Of a DNA stretch of 64,000 bases, positions 1 through 8,959 are shown piece after piece; the stretch's first letter is position 1; every line of letters starts with the position of its first letter. The stretch spans positions 578,172 to 642,171 of the forward strand of contig OY970358.1 of assembly GCA_963718575.1 (NCBI GenBank). The letters run 5' to 3'. A program made the position numbers and the translations under genes. Below the pieces are notes generated by a model. That model had not been told where the DNA came from. It did no database searches and saw nothing but the letters and a program-made list of their open reading frames with translations. Origin of the DNA: an uncultured bacterium (GTDB lineage: Bacteria > Patescibacteriota > Minisyncoccia > UBA6257 > 2-01-FULL-56-20).

Positions 1-1
1 C

Positions 2-610
2 CGCTTGCGTCTCAAAGCGATCCGTCGCAAATCCTTCGAGGGCTGTTCTCACATTAGTCGCCTCCGGCTCGTATGGCGTAAGAAGTTTCCCATGGGTCGC
101 TGTTTTGGGCTGACGATAGCCAGGGGGCGGGCAAAATGGCCAATAACCCGCCTCAAGGCGAGCTTTTTGCTTTTGAATCACCTGACGGCGGTTCTGCTTC
201 CGTTCAAGCTCGCCCTGTGCGGCTAAAACGGTTTCGATAAACTCACCCTCCTCGGATTCGTCGAATTTGTAATTAAGACATTCCACCTTAACGCCTCTCG
301 CCTTGAATTCGCGGCGGAGTTTCAAATGAAAAACGGTATCGCGGGCAAATCGCTTGAGGTCATCGAAAACGACGACGTAATTATCCCGATGCGGATGCTT
401 ATCGAGATAGGCGAGTAGGTCTCCCATTGCCGGACGCTCCATGAAATCTCCCGCACCCGTAAAGCTGTCCCTAAACACCCGCTCAACCTTATATTGTTTT
501 TGTCCGCAATAAAGACGACAACGTTGCTCTTGGCTGTCGAGGCCGTGGCCCTCGTTCTTTTGTCGTTCAGATGAGACGCGGCAGTAAATTATGGCGTTGA
601 GTTCGCTCAT
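2..610 (-). CDS. Large serine recombinase/integrase, N-terminal part; runs off the window edge
   Basis: Manual translation MSELNAIIYCRVSSERQKNEGHGLDSQEQRC...RPAM..LL...VVFDDLKRFARD...AQGELERKQNRRQV...GYWPFCPPPGY shows the resolvase YxRVS catalytic Ser motif followed by the start of a recombinase domain. Absent from the ORF track because it is open at the edge. Confidence 0.93.
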   Translation of the reverse strand, partial: MSELNAIIYCRVSSERQKNEGHGLDSQEQRCRLYCGQKQYKVERVFRDSFTGAGDFMERPAMGDLLAYLDKHPHRDNYVVVFDDLKRFARDTVFHLKLRREFKARGVKVECLNYKFDESEEGEFIETVLAAQGELERKQNRRQVIQKQKARLEAGYWPFCPPPGYRQPKTATHGKLLTPYEPEATNVRTALEGFATDRFETQA

Positions 611-759
611 GCTTTTTTATTTTTTTTCTGGCGACGGGCCTTAATAGCGTTTTGAGACCACTCCTTCATTTTCCCGCTTTCCTGGCGAGCCTTCACGGAC
701 GCAACTCCTCCGCGCCGCCCCATTTCCCTCATAACCTTACTGATCGTCTTTTTGTCCAT
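607..759 (-). CDS. Small basic protein (50 aa) with a KGG-like EMGRRGG motif, ATGA-coupled to the recombinase
   Basis: MDKKTISKVMREMGRRGGVASVKARQESGKMKEWSQNAIKARRQKKNKKA; its stop overlaps the recombinase ATG. Confidence 0.7.
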   Translation of the reverse strand: MDKKTISKVMREMGRRGGVASVKARQESGKMKEWSQNAIKARRQKKNKKA

Positions 760-799
760 ATCTTTATTCTAACCGCTTAGTTATCTTATAGCAAATGGC

Positions 800-937
800 C
801 TATTTCGGCATGCTATCGAAGTAGCGATTGAGGATTCTTTCGAGGATGGGATCAAGTGTATCGCGTAACTCAAGAAGCTCTTGATCGGAGAGTTCGTTTT
901 CACTGTCTATTTTTCTTAATTGTTCAAGAGATAACAC
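800..937 (-). CDS. Small acidic helical protein (45 aa)
   Basis: GTG start; MLSLEQLRKIDSENELSDQELLELRDTLDPILERILNRYFDSMPK; co-oriented upstream of the recombinase. Confidence 0.55.
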   Translation of the reverse strand: MLSLEQLRKIDSENELSDQELLELRDTLDPILERILNRYFDSMPK

Positions 938-1067
938 AAAAGGCCGCCCTTTGGCGGGTGGAGATAATAAAAATGACCTTTATTCCACTCGCTGAGGACG
1001 GCCCAATGCCTTTCAGCTAATAAAAACTAGCTATTGAATTAATTTAATTTTACGCTTTTCGCGGCGG

Positions 1068-1096
1068 TTGTCAACTAAGCCGATTAGAGGTATCTT
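1068..1096 (+). promoter_or_regulatory. Sigma70-type promoter
   Basis: TTGTCA-17 nt-TATCTT upstream of the structured leader and ORF 1308. Confidence 0.6.
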
Positions 1097-1146
1097 GATG
1101 ATAACAACTGAATATAAGTCGCCTAAACCTTTGAGCAATCAAGGCA

Positions 1147-1281
1147 TGGCGCAAAACTCCCTTCGCAGATACCAAACTCCACGTTCGGCTATTCTGCGAA
1201 GGGTCATATCTCGAAAGGGATATGGGCATCGCAAGATGCCAGCCAGCGTGGAGTTTTGTGCTAAATAGGCCGATCCACGCT
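1147..1281 (+). ncRNA. Structured leader or antisense-type RNA with alternative pairings
   Basis: Hairpins CATATCTC-GAAA-GGGATATG and GGCATC-GCAA-GATGCC (GNRA loops), stem CCCTTCGCAG/CTGCGAAGGG, closing stem 1147-1160/1250-1263. Confidence 0.6.
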
Positions 1282-1307
1282 CCAGTAAAAATAAAATAAT
1301 TTTCAAA

Positions 1308-1841
1308 ATGAACTTAACATCAATCTTAACTTTACTTCAACTGGTACTCGCTCTGTTGAGCAATCCTACGACAGCGAATAATCCTCAAATACAGACATTA
1401 GCGCAGTCTGCAGTTTCAGACGCAGCGCAAGCGATTGCGCAACAACAGACACCGACTCAGGTTTCAAATTCAGCGACGGCGGTGGCAACGACCACATCAA
1501 GCCCCACCTCAACACCGACAGTTTATAACCCACAAGTTCCGATAGGCAACCATGAAATTGTTGGGGCCACATCCACGCCAATCACAGCTCCATATCTTAC
1601 CTATGGCGGATTGGATTATGCCGACACGACATCGGACATGACGATTATAAATGAACTGAATCAAGATAACATAATTTGCGTGATGCATTATCAGACAAGC
1701 AACGGACAGCTAGAACAAAACACGGTGGTTACCAATTATTACGGAGTAAATGGCTTGGAGCCGAACGGACAGCTGGAAGATTGTTTGCAACAAGAGGATG
1801 AGCTACAGGGCGAGTTGATCCCGTTTGTAAATAATCTATAA
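1308..1841 (+). CDS. Secreted or membrane-anchored hypothetical protein with Thr/Ser-rich linker
   Basis: Hydrophobic N-terminus, low-complexity linker, small C-terminal domain with two Cys. Confidence 0.75.
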   Translation: MNLTSILTLLQLVLALLSNPTTANNPQIQTLAQSAVSDAAQAIAQQQTPTQVSNSATAVATTTSSPTSTPTVYNPQVPIGNHEIVGATSTPITAPYLTYGGLDYADTTSDMTIINELNQDNIICVMHYQTSNGQLEQNTVVTNYYGVNGLEPNGQLEDCLQQEDELQGELIPFVNNL

Positions 1842-1842
1842 A

Positions 1843-2684
1843 ATGCATAGCCTTGAAAACAAAGAAATTCCGAGCGAGATTAGGGGTTGGAACTGGGGCG
1901 CATTTTTCCTGTCTTGGATTTGGGGTCTCGGCAACAATACCTATATCGCCCTCCTAGCGTTAATACCAATCGTCAATCTCGTTTTTATTTTTATCCTTGG
2001 AGCGAAGGGCAACGAGTGGGCATGGAAAAATAAAAACTGGAAAAGTGTCGAGGATTTTAAGGACGCTCAGCGCAAATGGCGCAACGCTGGATGGATTGTG
2101 TGGGGAATATCCATCTTGATTGTTCTGGCTGTAATAATCGGCGCGGCTTCTGAACGGCCCAGAATAATTCTCCGGCGGCATATCAGCCACCGCAGCAGAC
2201 AACTCAATCCGTGCCGCAAGCACCACAAACAGAAACTCCGCAACAGTTCTTTGGGGGTACATCAAATCAACCACAATCTTCGCAAGGTGCGTCAAACGAG
2301 GGTGCAACGCTCCAACAATCATCAGAAGACGGTCCTACCGCCCCGCCTTGGCCAACATCATACAACGCAACGATCGTGGAATCATATTCTTCGGGTGTCT
2401 ATAACGCCAATTACTACGTTACGTTTGATAATAAAACTTACGTTGCAAATTCTACCCAATACGTTCTTGCTGGCTTTGAAAAATATCCAATCAGCGATAT
2501 TCATCCATGGGGAGAGGTGTATATGTCGTTTTCTTGTGCGGATCAATATGAAGCAAACTACGCAGTAACCGATGCTTCTTCCGTCTATCCCTACAATACT
2601 CCGTGGATGCAAGGCGGTATCAATGGTATCGACTTATCGAATAATGAGCCAAACGAAGTTTCCTTTACTTGTGTTCAAAATTGA
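1843..2684 (+). CDS. Membrane protein (GWNWGAF-type N-terminal TM domain) with extracellular C-terminus; 1-nt frameshift near 2158
   Basis: ORF 1843 reads sensibly to ...IIGAASER. The frame of ORF 2211 is open upstream (QNNSPAAYQPPQQTTQSVPQ) and continues the protein. Confidence 0.7.
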
Positions 2685-2701
2685 TCCGTTTCCGATAGGG
2701 A

Positions 2702-3140
2702 TTAAAGTCGGCTCCATTTAATTTCTCTGATTGTGTAGATATGGCCCAACTCTGGTTTGTCTCCGCGTTTGATTGAAAATTGAGACTGAAATTTTTGTCC
2801 CGATAGGTTTTCGTATTCAAAAATCGCGGTCACTTCTTGCCCATAATTTATATTATTAAAAACAATCGTTGGAGCTATCGCACTATTTCCAGATTGAATC
2901 GGATTAACTGGGCCGGAAAAATTAAAGAAGTTCTGTTATTTGCGATGGACAATGACCACTTTTCTCCGTAATGTTTCTGGCGGTTGTTGTTCCAATATTG
3001 CGTAATGCGAAGTATGGATAGGAAGAAACCAATGTTAAGCGTGGTTCTTGTCCTGTCCTAAAGGCTCTTACGGCATAAGTGGCCGCAATCGCAGAGGCGC
3101 ACAATGCTAAAACACCAACGATTAGATTTGCAATGTTCAT
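2702..3140 (-). pseudogene. Disrupted single-TM hypothetical protein
   Basis: 72-aa ORF with N-terminal TM, in-frame TAA at 2922, then protein-like continuation (FFRPVNPIQSG... and, shifted, YGQEVTAIFEYENLSGQKFQSQF...WSRL*). Confidence 0.45.
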
Positions 3141-3541
3141 GAGTTAAGATTATTTCCATCCCGCAGGGCGATTTCTTCGGGCGATCCATACTCGACAATG
3201 TTAATGGTGTATGGCTCGGTCGCTTCAATAACTTTGCGCTTGTCGGCAAAATAGCCTGCCCTATCGAGAATATCTTTTGAGGCGGCAAGTTGGACGTATT
3301 CATTCTCCGCTTCCTGCGAGAGCTGAAATATCTTTGTTATGGCAGGAGCTGCGTATTGATCTGTAAACAAGTCCGTACATACTCCCGAATGTTAGGTTTT
3401 GTGAGGTTCTCACTTCCTATTGCCCTAGCCGTAGCCCTATTTTCGGGGCTTGTAAGCCCTCATAGCGGCTTCCGTGGCGTTTCCCGTCTCAAGATACTCC
3501 TGCGCAAATTTCTCTTGTTTTAGGGTTAATTCTTCCCTCAT
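3137..3541 (-). pseudogene. terS: Phage terminase small subunit, two frameshifts (real or assembly error)
   Basis: Joined frames give MREELTLKQEKFAQEYLETGNATEAAMRAYKP/ENRATARAIGSENLTKPNIREY.../...ENEYVQLAASKDILDRAGY, the typical TerS HTH signature. Confidence 0.85.
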
Positions 3542-3974
3542 TTGCCCTCATTTTACCATCTTTCTACGATGTAAGAAAAGTCGGTCTTAGCGATGTTAGA
3601 AAACTCCATTTTTTGCCGCTTTATTATTAGATAGTTTTTTTGAAGATATGGAGATTGGCCACACTTTTTTCAAGTGGCTAGCCACTTGCCGCCCCGAAGC
3701 CGAAGAAAAAAGCTAAATCACGAAGATGGTTTTTTCCGTTTTAAGATATATATTAACCTCTTAAGGCGAGAACGCCATTTACCATTGGGGTAAAAGTGAT
3801 ATTTTTTATTACTGTGTAGTTCGTAGATATAGAACTTATAAACATCTTCTGGGGCTGGCTGCGGTGTAAAAGTAAACTCTAATCCCCAATCAGTTGACAG
3901 AAGAATTGCATATTGATTATTAGGTTTTTCAACTTCATTTCCCTTTCCCCAAAAATCTCTATAGCCATATCGAG

Positions 3975-4000
3975 GGGATTTATATACAACGTTACCCTAA
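3975..4000 (+). repeat. Left terminal inverted repeat
   Basis: Exact reverse complement of 6897-6922. Confidence 0.95.
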
Positions 4001-4494
4001 CTTAAAAGTCCGTTATTAACGATTTTTTGGAACTCGCTCATATTGTACACGCCGATAAGAGCGCGTTCGGGATTGGCTTGGTCTTTGAGCCATTTCATCG
4101 CGGCAGGTTTGTAGCCGCCTCCGTCTAGTAAGATGATTGTCGGTACGCCGATTTTCATAATGTTAAAAAGCGTAAAGGGATATTTTTCGTCCACGCTTCC
4201 GGCACTCTGTTGCCACTTGCACTCAATAATAAGCCCATCGGGAAACTTCTCTTTGTTAAGGATGAGAAAATCGCACTTGCGCTGGGTTTCGTAGATGCTC
4301 GTACCACACGGCACTTGGGTAGCAAATTGCTTTCCACCTACCGCTTTTCTATTGGCGAACACTTGTTCTTTATGATCCCAAAACCTCTCATATCCCTCGC
4401 GCTTCAATATGTCTTCAATAAAACCCTCAAGGCGATTGCCTGTGTGATTTGCGCGTCCGCCGCCGTTAGGAGTAGTTTCGGATAATAAGCTCAT
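3997..4494 (-). CDS. PD-(D/E)XK nuclease, putative restriction endonuclease
   Basis: Motifs G..LE..I, CDFLI, IIECKWQQSAGSVDEKYP; directly downstream of the MTase; likely start MSLLSE at 4494. Confidence 0.8.
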   Translation of the reverse strand: MSLLSETTPNGGGRANHTGNRLEGFIEDILKREGYERFWDHKEQVFANRKAVGGKQFATQVPCGTSIYETQRKCDFLILNKEKFPDGLIIECKWQQSAGSVDEKYPFTLFNIMKIGVPTIILLDGGGYKPAAMKWLKDQANPERALIGVYNMSEFQKIVNNGLLS

Positions 4495-5347
4495 TTTCCT
4501 TGCCCCGTTGGTTCGCTTTGCATGACACCATGCGCGAAGCCGATACCTTTTCAATAGTATAGCCCTTGTAGAGCTTCCGCACAAAGGGGGTGTCGGAATT
4601 GGATAGCATGAACTTCGCGCCTTTGTCGTCTATGCGCTTGGCGAACGCCGCAAGCGCAATATGCTCCGCATCCCCGAAACCGCCGCCGGAATAGCCGCTA
4701 TAGGTTTCATGGTATGGCGGATCGAGATAAAAGAAGTCGCCCACGCGCGGCTTCAATTGGTCAAAGTTTTGTTGCACGATGTCCTTACCCTCTAAGAGCT
4801 TCGCGCACGCCCATAGGTTCGGCTCGTCCACGATAAGGGGGTTTTTGTAGTCGCCCATCGGCACATTGAAAAAGCCGCTCTTATTCACGCGATACAAGCC
4901 GTTATAGCAGGTCTTATTGAGATAGATGAAAAGCGCGGCAATAAGTACGGGGTCTTTTTCCTTGAACAGTAAAAGGCGAGCTTTCGCGTAGAACTTTGCA
5001 TCATGCTTTTTCTCCATGATTTTGAGCTGTGCAATAACCCTATCAACGTGATCACGCACCGATTGGAACGTAACGATAAGATGAAAGTTGATGTCGGATA
5101 GGAACGCCTTTTGCGGTTGCACCGCGAAGAACAACGCACCGCCGCCTAAAAATGGCTCATAGTATCGCCCGTACTCTTTTGGCATACGCTCCAACAGATC
5201 GGGGAGTATTGAACGCTTGCCACCCACCCATTTGAGAAATGGACGCGCCGCCGTTTTGGTTTCCGGCTTTTGCTCATTCGCTATGCTGGTAAGGACTTCA
5301 TCGAACGCTCCAACTAACGGCTTGTGCATTTTTGGTTCTCGGCTCAT
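4466..5347 (-). CDS. dam: Dam-family (D12 class) DNA adenine methyltransferase
   Basis: PFLKWVGGK, YYEPFLGGGA, YLNKTCYNGLYRVN, FFYLDPPY, MLSNS motifs. Confidence 0.95.
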   Translation of the reverse strand: MSREPKMHKPLVGAFDEVLTSIANEQKPETKTAARPFLKWVGGKRSILPDLLERMPKEYGRYYEPFLGGGALFFAVQPQKAFLSDINFHLIVTFQSVRDHVDRVIAQLKIMEKKHDAKFYAKARLLLFKEKDPVLIAALFIYLNKTCYNGLYRVNKSGFFNVPMGDYKNPLIVDEPNLWACAKLLEGKDIVQQNFDQLKPRVGDFFYLDPPYHETYSGYSGGGFGDAEHIALAAFAKRIDDKGAKFMLSNSDTPFVRKLYKGYTIEKVSASRMVSCKANQRGKENELIIRNYS

Positions 5348-6261
5348 TTGGTTAGTGCTTTATATTTGAGTGTATCATTCTGGCTCACGTTCCGCACGAC
5401 CTCTGCGAACGTGTTGCTCAATTCGCCCGTCCGCACGTTAAAGCGGTAGGTAAACTCATCAACGTATCGCTGTAGGTGCTTCCGGCTCATGTGATGATAC
5501 GTTCCGATATAGCCCCGCTTGAAGATAGCCCAAAAGCTCTCGATGCCGTTTGAGTGGATGTTGCCCTTGCGGACGTACTGCCCGCGCTCATGCCGCACTA
5601 CCTCGTGCTTGAACAGTTTGCCGATGCTCTTGTACGAGCCGAAGTTATCCGTGTAGAGGTTTGAGCCGATTTTCATGTTCTCGATGATGTGCTGTTCTAT
5701 CGTCCGCATCTTGGTATCGCTCAACACTTCCGCTTTAAGCGTGCCGCCGCGCTCCAACATTCCGAACACTGGGGCTTTCGTAGCGATGCTACGTCCTTGC
5801 GTGTGTGCCGTCCTCTTGTTCGCGTGTTTGTTTTTTTCCTTGCCGCCCACATACGTTTCATCCATCTCGATAGTGCCGAACAACTGCCCCTTATTCTGTA
5901 TCATCGCCTTGCGGATGCGATGATCCATGAACCACGCCGTCTTTTGCGTTACGCCTACCTGCGCCGCAAGGGAGATGGACGAGATGCCCTTTTTCGCGGT
6001 GGTCAAAAGGTAGATAGCGACAAACCACTTTTGCATCGGCACTTTGCTCTCGCCGAATATGGTCTTGGTCTTTATCGTGAAGTCCTTTTTGCACTTCGCG
6101 CAACGATACCGCTTGCCATCGGCGAAATGGTTGATTTTGTTGAAGCCACAATGCGGGCAATACTCGCCATCCTTGAAGCGGATTTGCTCGAAGTATTTGA
6201 TGCACGTCTGCTCGTCCTTGAAGTAGGACACGAACTCTAAGAGGGTTTTGAAGTTTGTCAT
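5344..6261 (-). CDS. IS1595-family (ISXO2-like) DDE transposase
   Basis: Zn ribbon CPHCG...CAKC, KTAWFM, EMDETYVGG, YTD..GSY, NGIESFW, YVDEFTYRFN; TTGACA-17-TACACT promoter just upstream of the ATG ending at 6261. Confidence 0.95.
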   Translation of the reverse strand: MTNFKTLLEFVSYFKDEQTCIKYFEQIRFKDGEYCPHCGFNKINHFADGKRYRCAKCKKDFTIKTKTIFGESKVPMQKWFVAIYLLTTAKKGISSISLAAQVGVTQKTAWFMDHRIRKAMIQNKGQLFGTIEMDETYVGGKEKNKHANKRTAHTQGRSIATKAPVFGMLERGGTLKAEVLSDTKMRTIEQHIIENMKIGSNLYTDNFGSYKSIGKLFKHEVVRHERGQYVRKGNIHSNGIESFWAIFKRGYIGTYHHMSRKHLQRYVDEFTYRFNVRTGELSNTFAEVVRNVSQNDTLKYKALTK

Positions 6262-6392
6262 ACCTCCAGTGTATAGGATCAGAATAGGGTTGTCAAGTCC
6301 GAATTGGGGATAACTAAATGGGGACATAATAGGGCTATTTTTTCCAATCTTGAACTATTGATCGATTTTGATATGTAGTATAATGTAAGCAC

Positions 6393-6614
6393 ATGGCATT
6401 AAGTTCCGAAGACAAAATCATCAAAGAGGGAGAAACTGAAAAGCAGGGATTTTCGGTTACTTTTACGAACGGCACACTTGCACAGCTTGAAGAATTGAAA
6501 GAGTTTTTTAAGAAAGCCGATAAGCTCGATGTAATAAAGTTAGCCATCTCGATTTTGCAAAATGCGAAGGAAGCGCAAGAGAAAAAACCTGCGCCGACAA
6601 CGCCGCCAAAATGA
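6393..6614 (+). CDS. Small putative ribbon-helix-helix DNA-binding protein
   Basis: FSVTFTNGTLAQLEEL...KLDVIKLAISIL strand-helix-helix pattern; fold is an inference. Confidence 0.55.
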   Translation: MALSSEDKIIKEGETEKQGFSVTFTNGTLAQLEELKEFFKKADKLDVIKLAISILQNAKEAQEKKPAPTTPPK

Positions 6615-6615
6615 T

Positions 6616-6900
6616 ATGGCAGATCATCTCGAACATGAACAGCTTGGAGATAGAATATCGGGTAGTTTGTCCGATGATGTCTTTGAGGGCTTACAGCATG
6701 AAAAGAGCCGACTACACATCACAAAAATCGTAGAGGAATATACTAAGCACGAGGATTTTATAGAGAGAGTGAGAAAATACGCTGGACAAGAAATGGACTC
6801 GCGCCTTTTTATAAGTTCAAAGTTTTGGCTAACAACGATATTAGCCGCCTTGGTTTCAGGATTGATCGGCGGTTGGCTCGTTCACATTTTCGGACATTAG
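6616..6900 (+). CDS. Hypothetical protein with C-terminal TM helix
   Basis: ATG 1 nt after the previous stop; TM segment FWLTTILAALVSGLIGGWLV; stop lies within the TIR. Confidence 0.7.
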   Translation: MADHLEHEQLGDRISGSLSDDVFEGLQHEKSRLHITKIVEEYTKHEDFIERVRKYAGQEMDSRLFISSKFWLTTILAALVSGLIGGWLVHIFGH

Positions 6901-6922
6901 GGTAACGTTGTATATAAATCCC
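6897..6922 (-). repeat. Right terminal inverted repeat
   Basis: Exact reverse complement of 3975-4000. Confidence 0.95.
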
Positions 6923-7477
6923 TTAAAAAATACAGATCTTCGAGCGATTAATGATGCGGAGCTTATTGAAGATGGGGCGAAAAATGTAAATCAAGAAATA
7001 ACTGAGCAGCCTCGATTAGAGGTTACGGGCCGTCAAATTCAAGAAGCCGAGTGGCTGAAAGAGTTGTATAAAAAAGTGCAACAATCTTTGCCAATTGGTA
7101 CTCAATTTAGAATCATTGGTGATTATGTCGGCGGTACATCCACTACGGACGCATCAGTATCCCGTACGGGTAAAACTGTTACAAGGGAGTATGATAATTT
7201 CCAACCCAGCGGAGATTGGAAATCGGGCATTATCGAAGAATCGCCAAATAAAGACTTAAAATTTTATGTACGTGTCGATGGTCTGCCTGATGGTCATAAT
7301 CAATACGAAATTAAAAACGTAACGCCAACCTTAGATGGAAAAGTAATGATGATATCGGGCAGGGCCACTCCCCAAACCCTTGGCCTCGCGCGCAGAACTT
7401 TCGTTACAAACATATCTTCCAAAGATAAGAATGAGATTGTGCCCAATGAAGAGCTTGCTCCCTATTACTTGAAGTGA
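6908..7477 (+). CDS. Hypothetical protein, probably the 3' remnant of a gene interrupted by the IS
   Basis: 189-codon open frame whose first start (TTG) lies inside the right TIR. Confidence 0.55.
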   Translation: MYINPLKNTDLRAINDAELIEDGAKNVNQEITEQPRLEVTGRQIQEAEWLKELYKKVQQSLPIGTQFRIIGDYVGGTSTTDASVSRTGKTVTREYDNFQPSGDWKSGIIEESPNKDLKFYVRVDGLPDGHNQYEIKNVTPTLDGKVMMISGRATPQTLGLARRTFVTNISSKDKNEIVPNEELAPYYLK

Positions 7478-7672
7478 TTAGAATCTCGTTCGTCGGATTG
7501 ACTTAAACCAAATCTGACCCCGTTCATCCGTTATCAGGACATTGCCACCATTAGTTTGAGCTGAATATATTATAATTCGTTTATAAAAGTTTGCCACCTG
7601 TCCGGTTCGTCTCCACAAATCATTGACTAATAGTATTTATTATGTTATCCTAATCGACGGAGGATTTTGACA

Positions 7673-8683
7673 ATGCAGGTAGGAATTGAAAGCGATCCAG
7701 TTTTTCCTCTTACGTATGCTCTGCAAGTTGTCGAGCATGCTAGGCGGCAACGTCGGCGGCATCGTAACCCATCGTTGTCTTTCTTTGGAGAACGGAATCC
7801 CCGGAAGGCACTCTCGCTGGCTCTCAAGGTCATCGAGAAGCCGGAAGGGATCATTCGCGACAGGCTTTTGGGGTTGCGGGAGTACATGCCCGGCCAGACC
7901 GACATCGTCTACTCATTCGGCAAGTATCTCGCCGATCACATGAACCCGAATATCGTTCCCCAGGGCTTTGTTCTTGGAGCGCATCTGGCGCTCTATGACA
8001 TCGAGCAGGGGGTCGACAGTCGGAGTAACAAGAAGATCGGTGGGTCGCTGGCAGGTCAACAGCCAATGATCTATCGGATTCTCGAGATGGAGATTCCGCT
8101 CATCGCCCGAGCCATCTTCCCGCACGATTTTGCGGGCAAGGTGGATCGGATCACTGAAATGGTCAATGATCACGTCAACGCGAAGGTCAAGGCTGCAAAA
8201 GCTGCAGCGCCACCCGCAGTTTTGCCCAATAATCCACTCAAGGTTTACGCGGCCGCACGACGGATTGCAGACATCGCAATCGAAGTCTGGGGTGAAGAGG
8301 ATGCGTTTCTGATTGATCAACGGAAGGAGCGCGTGAACCCCTTCTATAACCAAACCACCGGCGGCCTCTTCATTGAGCAGTACTACGGCAAGCCCGGCAG
8401 CATCTGGACTCCATGGGGCAAGTGGAGTTGCTGGGGAAGCGGTTCCGGCTTCGACGAACTCATGAAAAAGTTCCTGGATCGCATCGGCAAGGTGGAGATG
8501 GCTGTCCCTGTGCGCACTACTGAAATGGGAGTTTTCGGCCCAGTTTATGCTGTACTCGAAGTTGATGGCGTTGCTCTTCCCAAGGCAGAGAATCGCGAAA
8601 GTCTTTCGTACATCGAGTACGAGGAGGCCAATCGGCTTTGGGCGGAGGTTGGCGTCGCTTATCAGTCACAATTAGTATCGTAG
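7673..8683 (+). CDS. Hypothetical protein (orphan)
   Basis: Long ORF; GGAGG SD 9 nt before ATG 7673; TTGACT...TATCCT promoter-like sequence upstream. Confidence 0.8.
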   Translation: MQVGIESDPVFPLTYALQVVEHARRQRRRHRNPSLSFFGERNPRKALSLALKVIEKPEGIIRDRLLGLREYMPGQTDIVYSFGKYLADHMNPNIVPQGFVLGAHLALYDIEQGVDSRSNKKIGGSLAGQQPMIYRILEMEIPLIARAIFPHDFAGKVDRITEMVNDHVNAKVKAAKAAAPPAVLPNNPLKVYAAARRIADIAIEVWGEEDAFLIDQRKERVNPFYNQTTGGLFIEQYYGKPGSIWTPWGKWSCWGSGSGFDELMKKFLDRIGKVEMAVPVRTTEMGVFGPVYAVLEVDGVALPKAENRESLSYIEYEEANRLWAEVGVAYQSQLVS

Positions 8684-8959
8684 TTTGATCGGCTCCGGCC
8701 GATCATCAACGGCGAGGCGCTTCACAGCCCTCGCCGTTTTCTTTTCCTGATTCAATTCCCAATATGTGTAGTAGCAGGTTTGTATCTTTAGGATTTTTGA
8801 GCCATTTGGCGCTCTTCTAGGCGCTCGCCCCACTCCAAAATGAACGATTCCAAGGCCGTTCCAATTATTTTCAACCATGTCCACAGGGTCTTATATAAAC
8901 ACAGTATTTTGTGAAACCTTCTTTTTCACCAGGAGGACTTTTTAATAACGAACGACGCA

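Larger units (their letters stand above)
3975..6922. mobile_element. IS1595-family transposon with passenger genes
   Basis: Perfect 26-bp TIRs GGGATTTATATACAACGTTACCCTAA at 3975-4000 and 6897-6922 enclose an IS1595 transposase and four other genes; no target duplication visible. Confidence 0.9.
1..7500. mobile_element. Integrated serine-recombinase element (prophage remnant or satellite-like island); boundaries approximate
   Basis: Recombinase, terS, orphan cargo and a nested IS; visibly more AT-rich than the downstream core genes. No att site identified. Confidence 0.65.

Noticed and set aside
8672-8884. 70-aa minus-strand ORF
   Set aside because: No RBS or motif, and it runs through the terminator region of the convergent gene.
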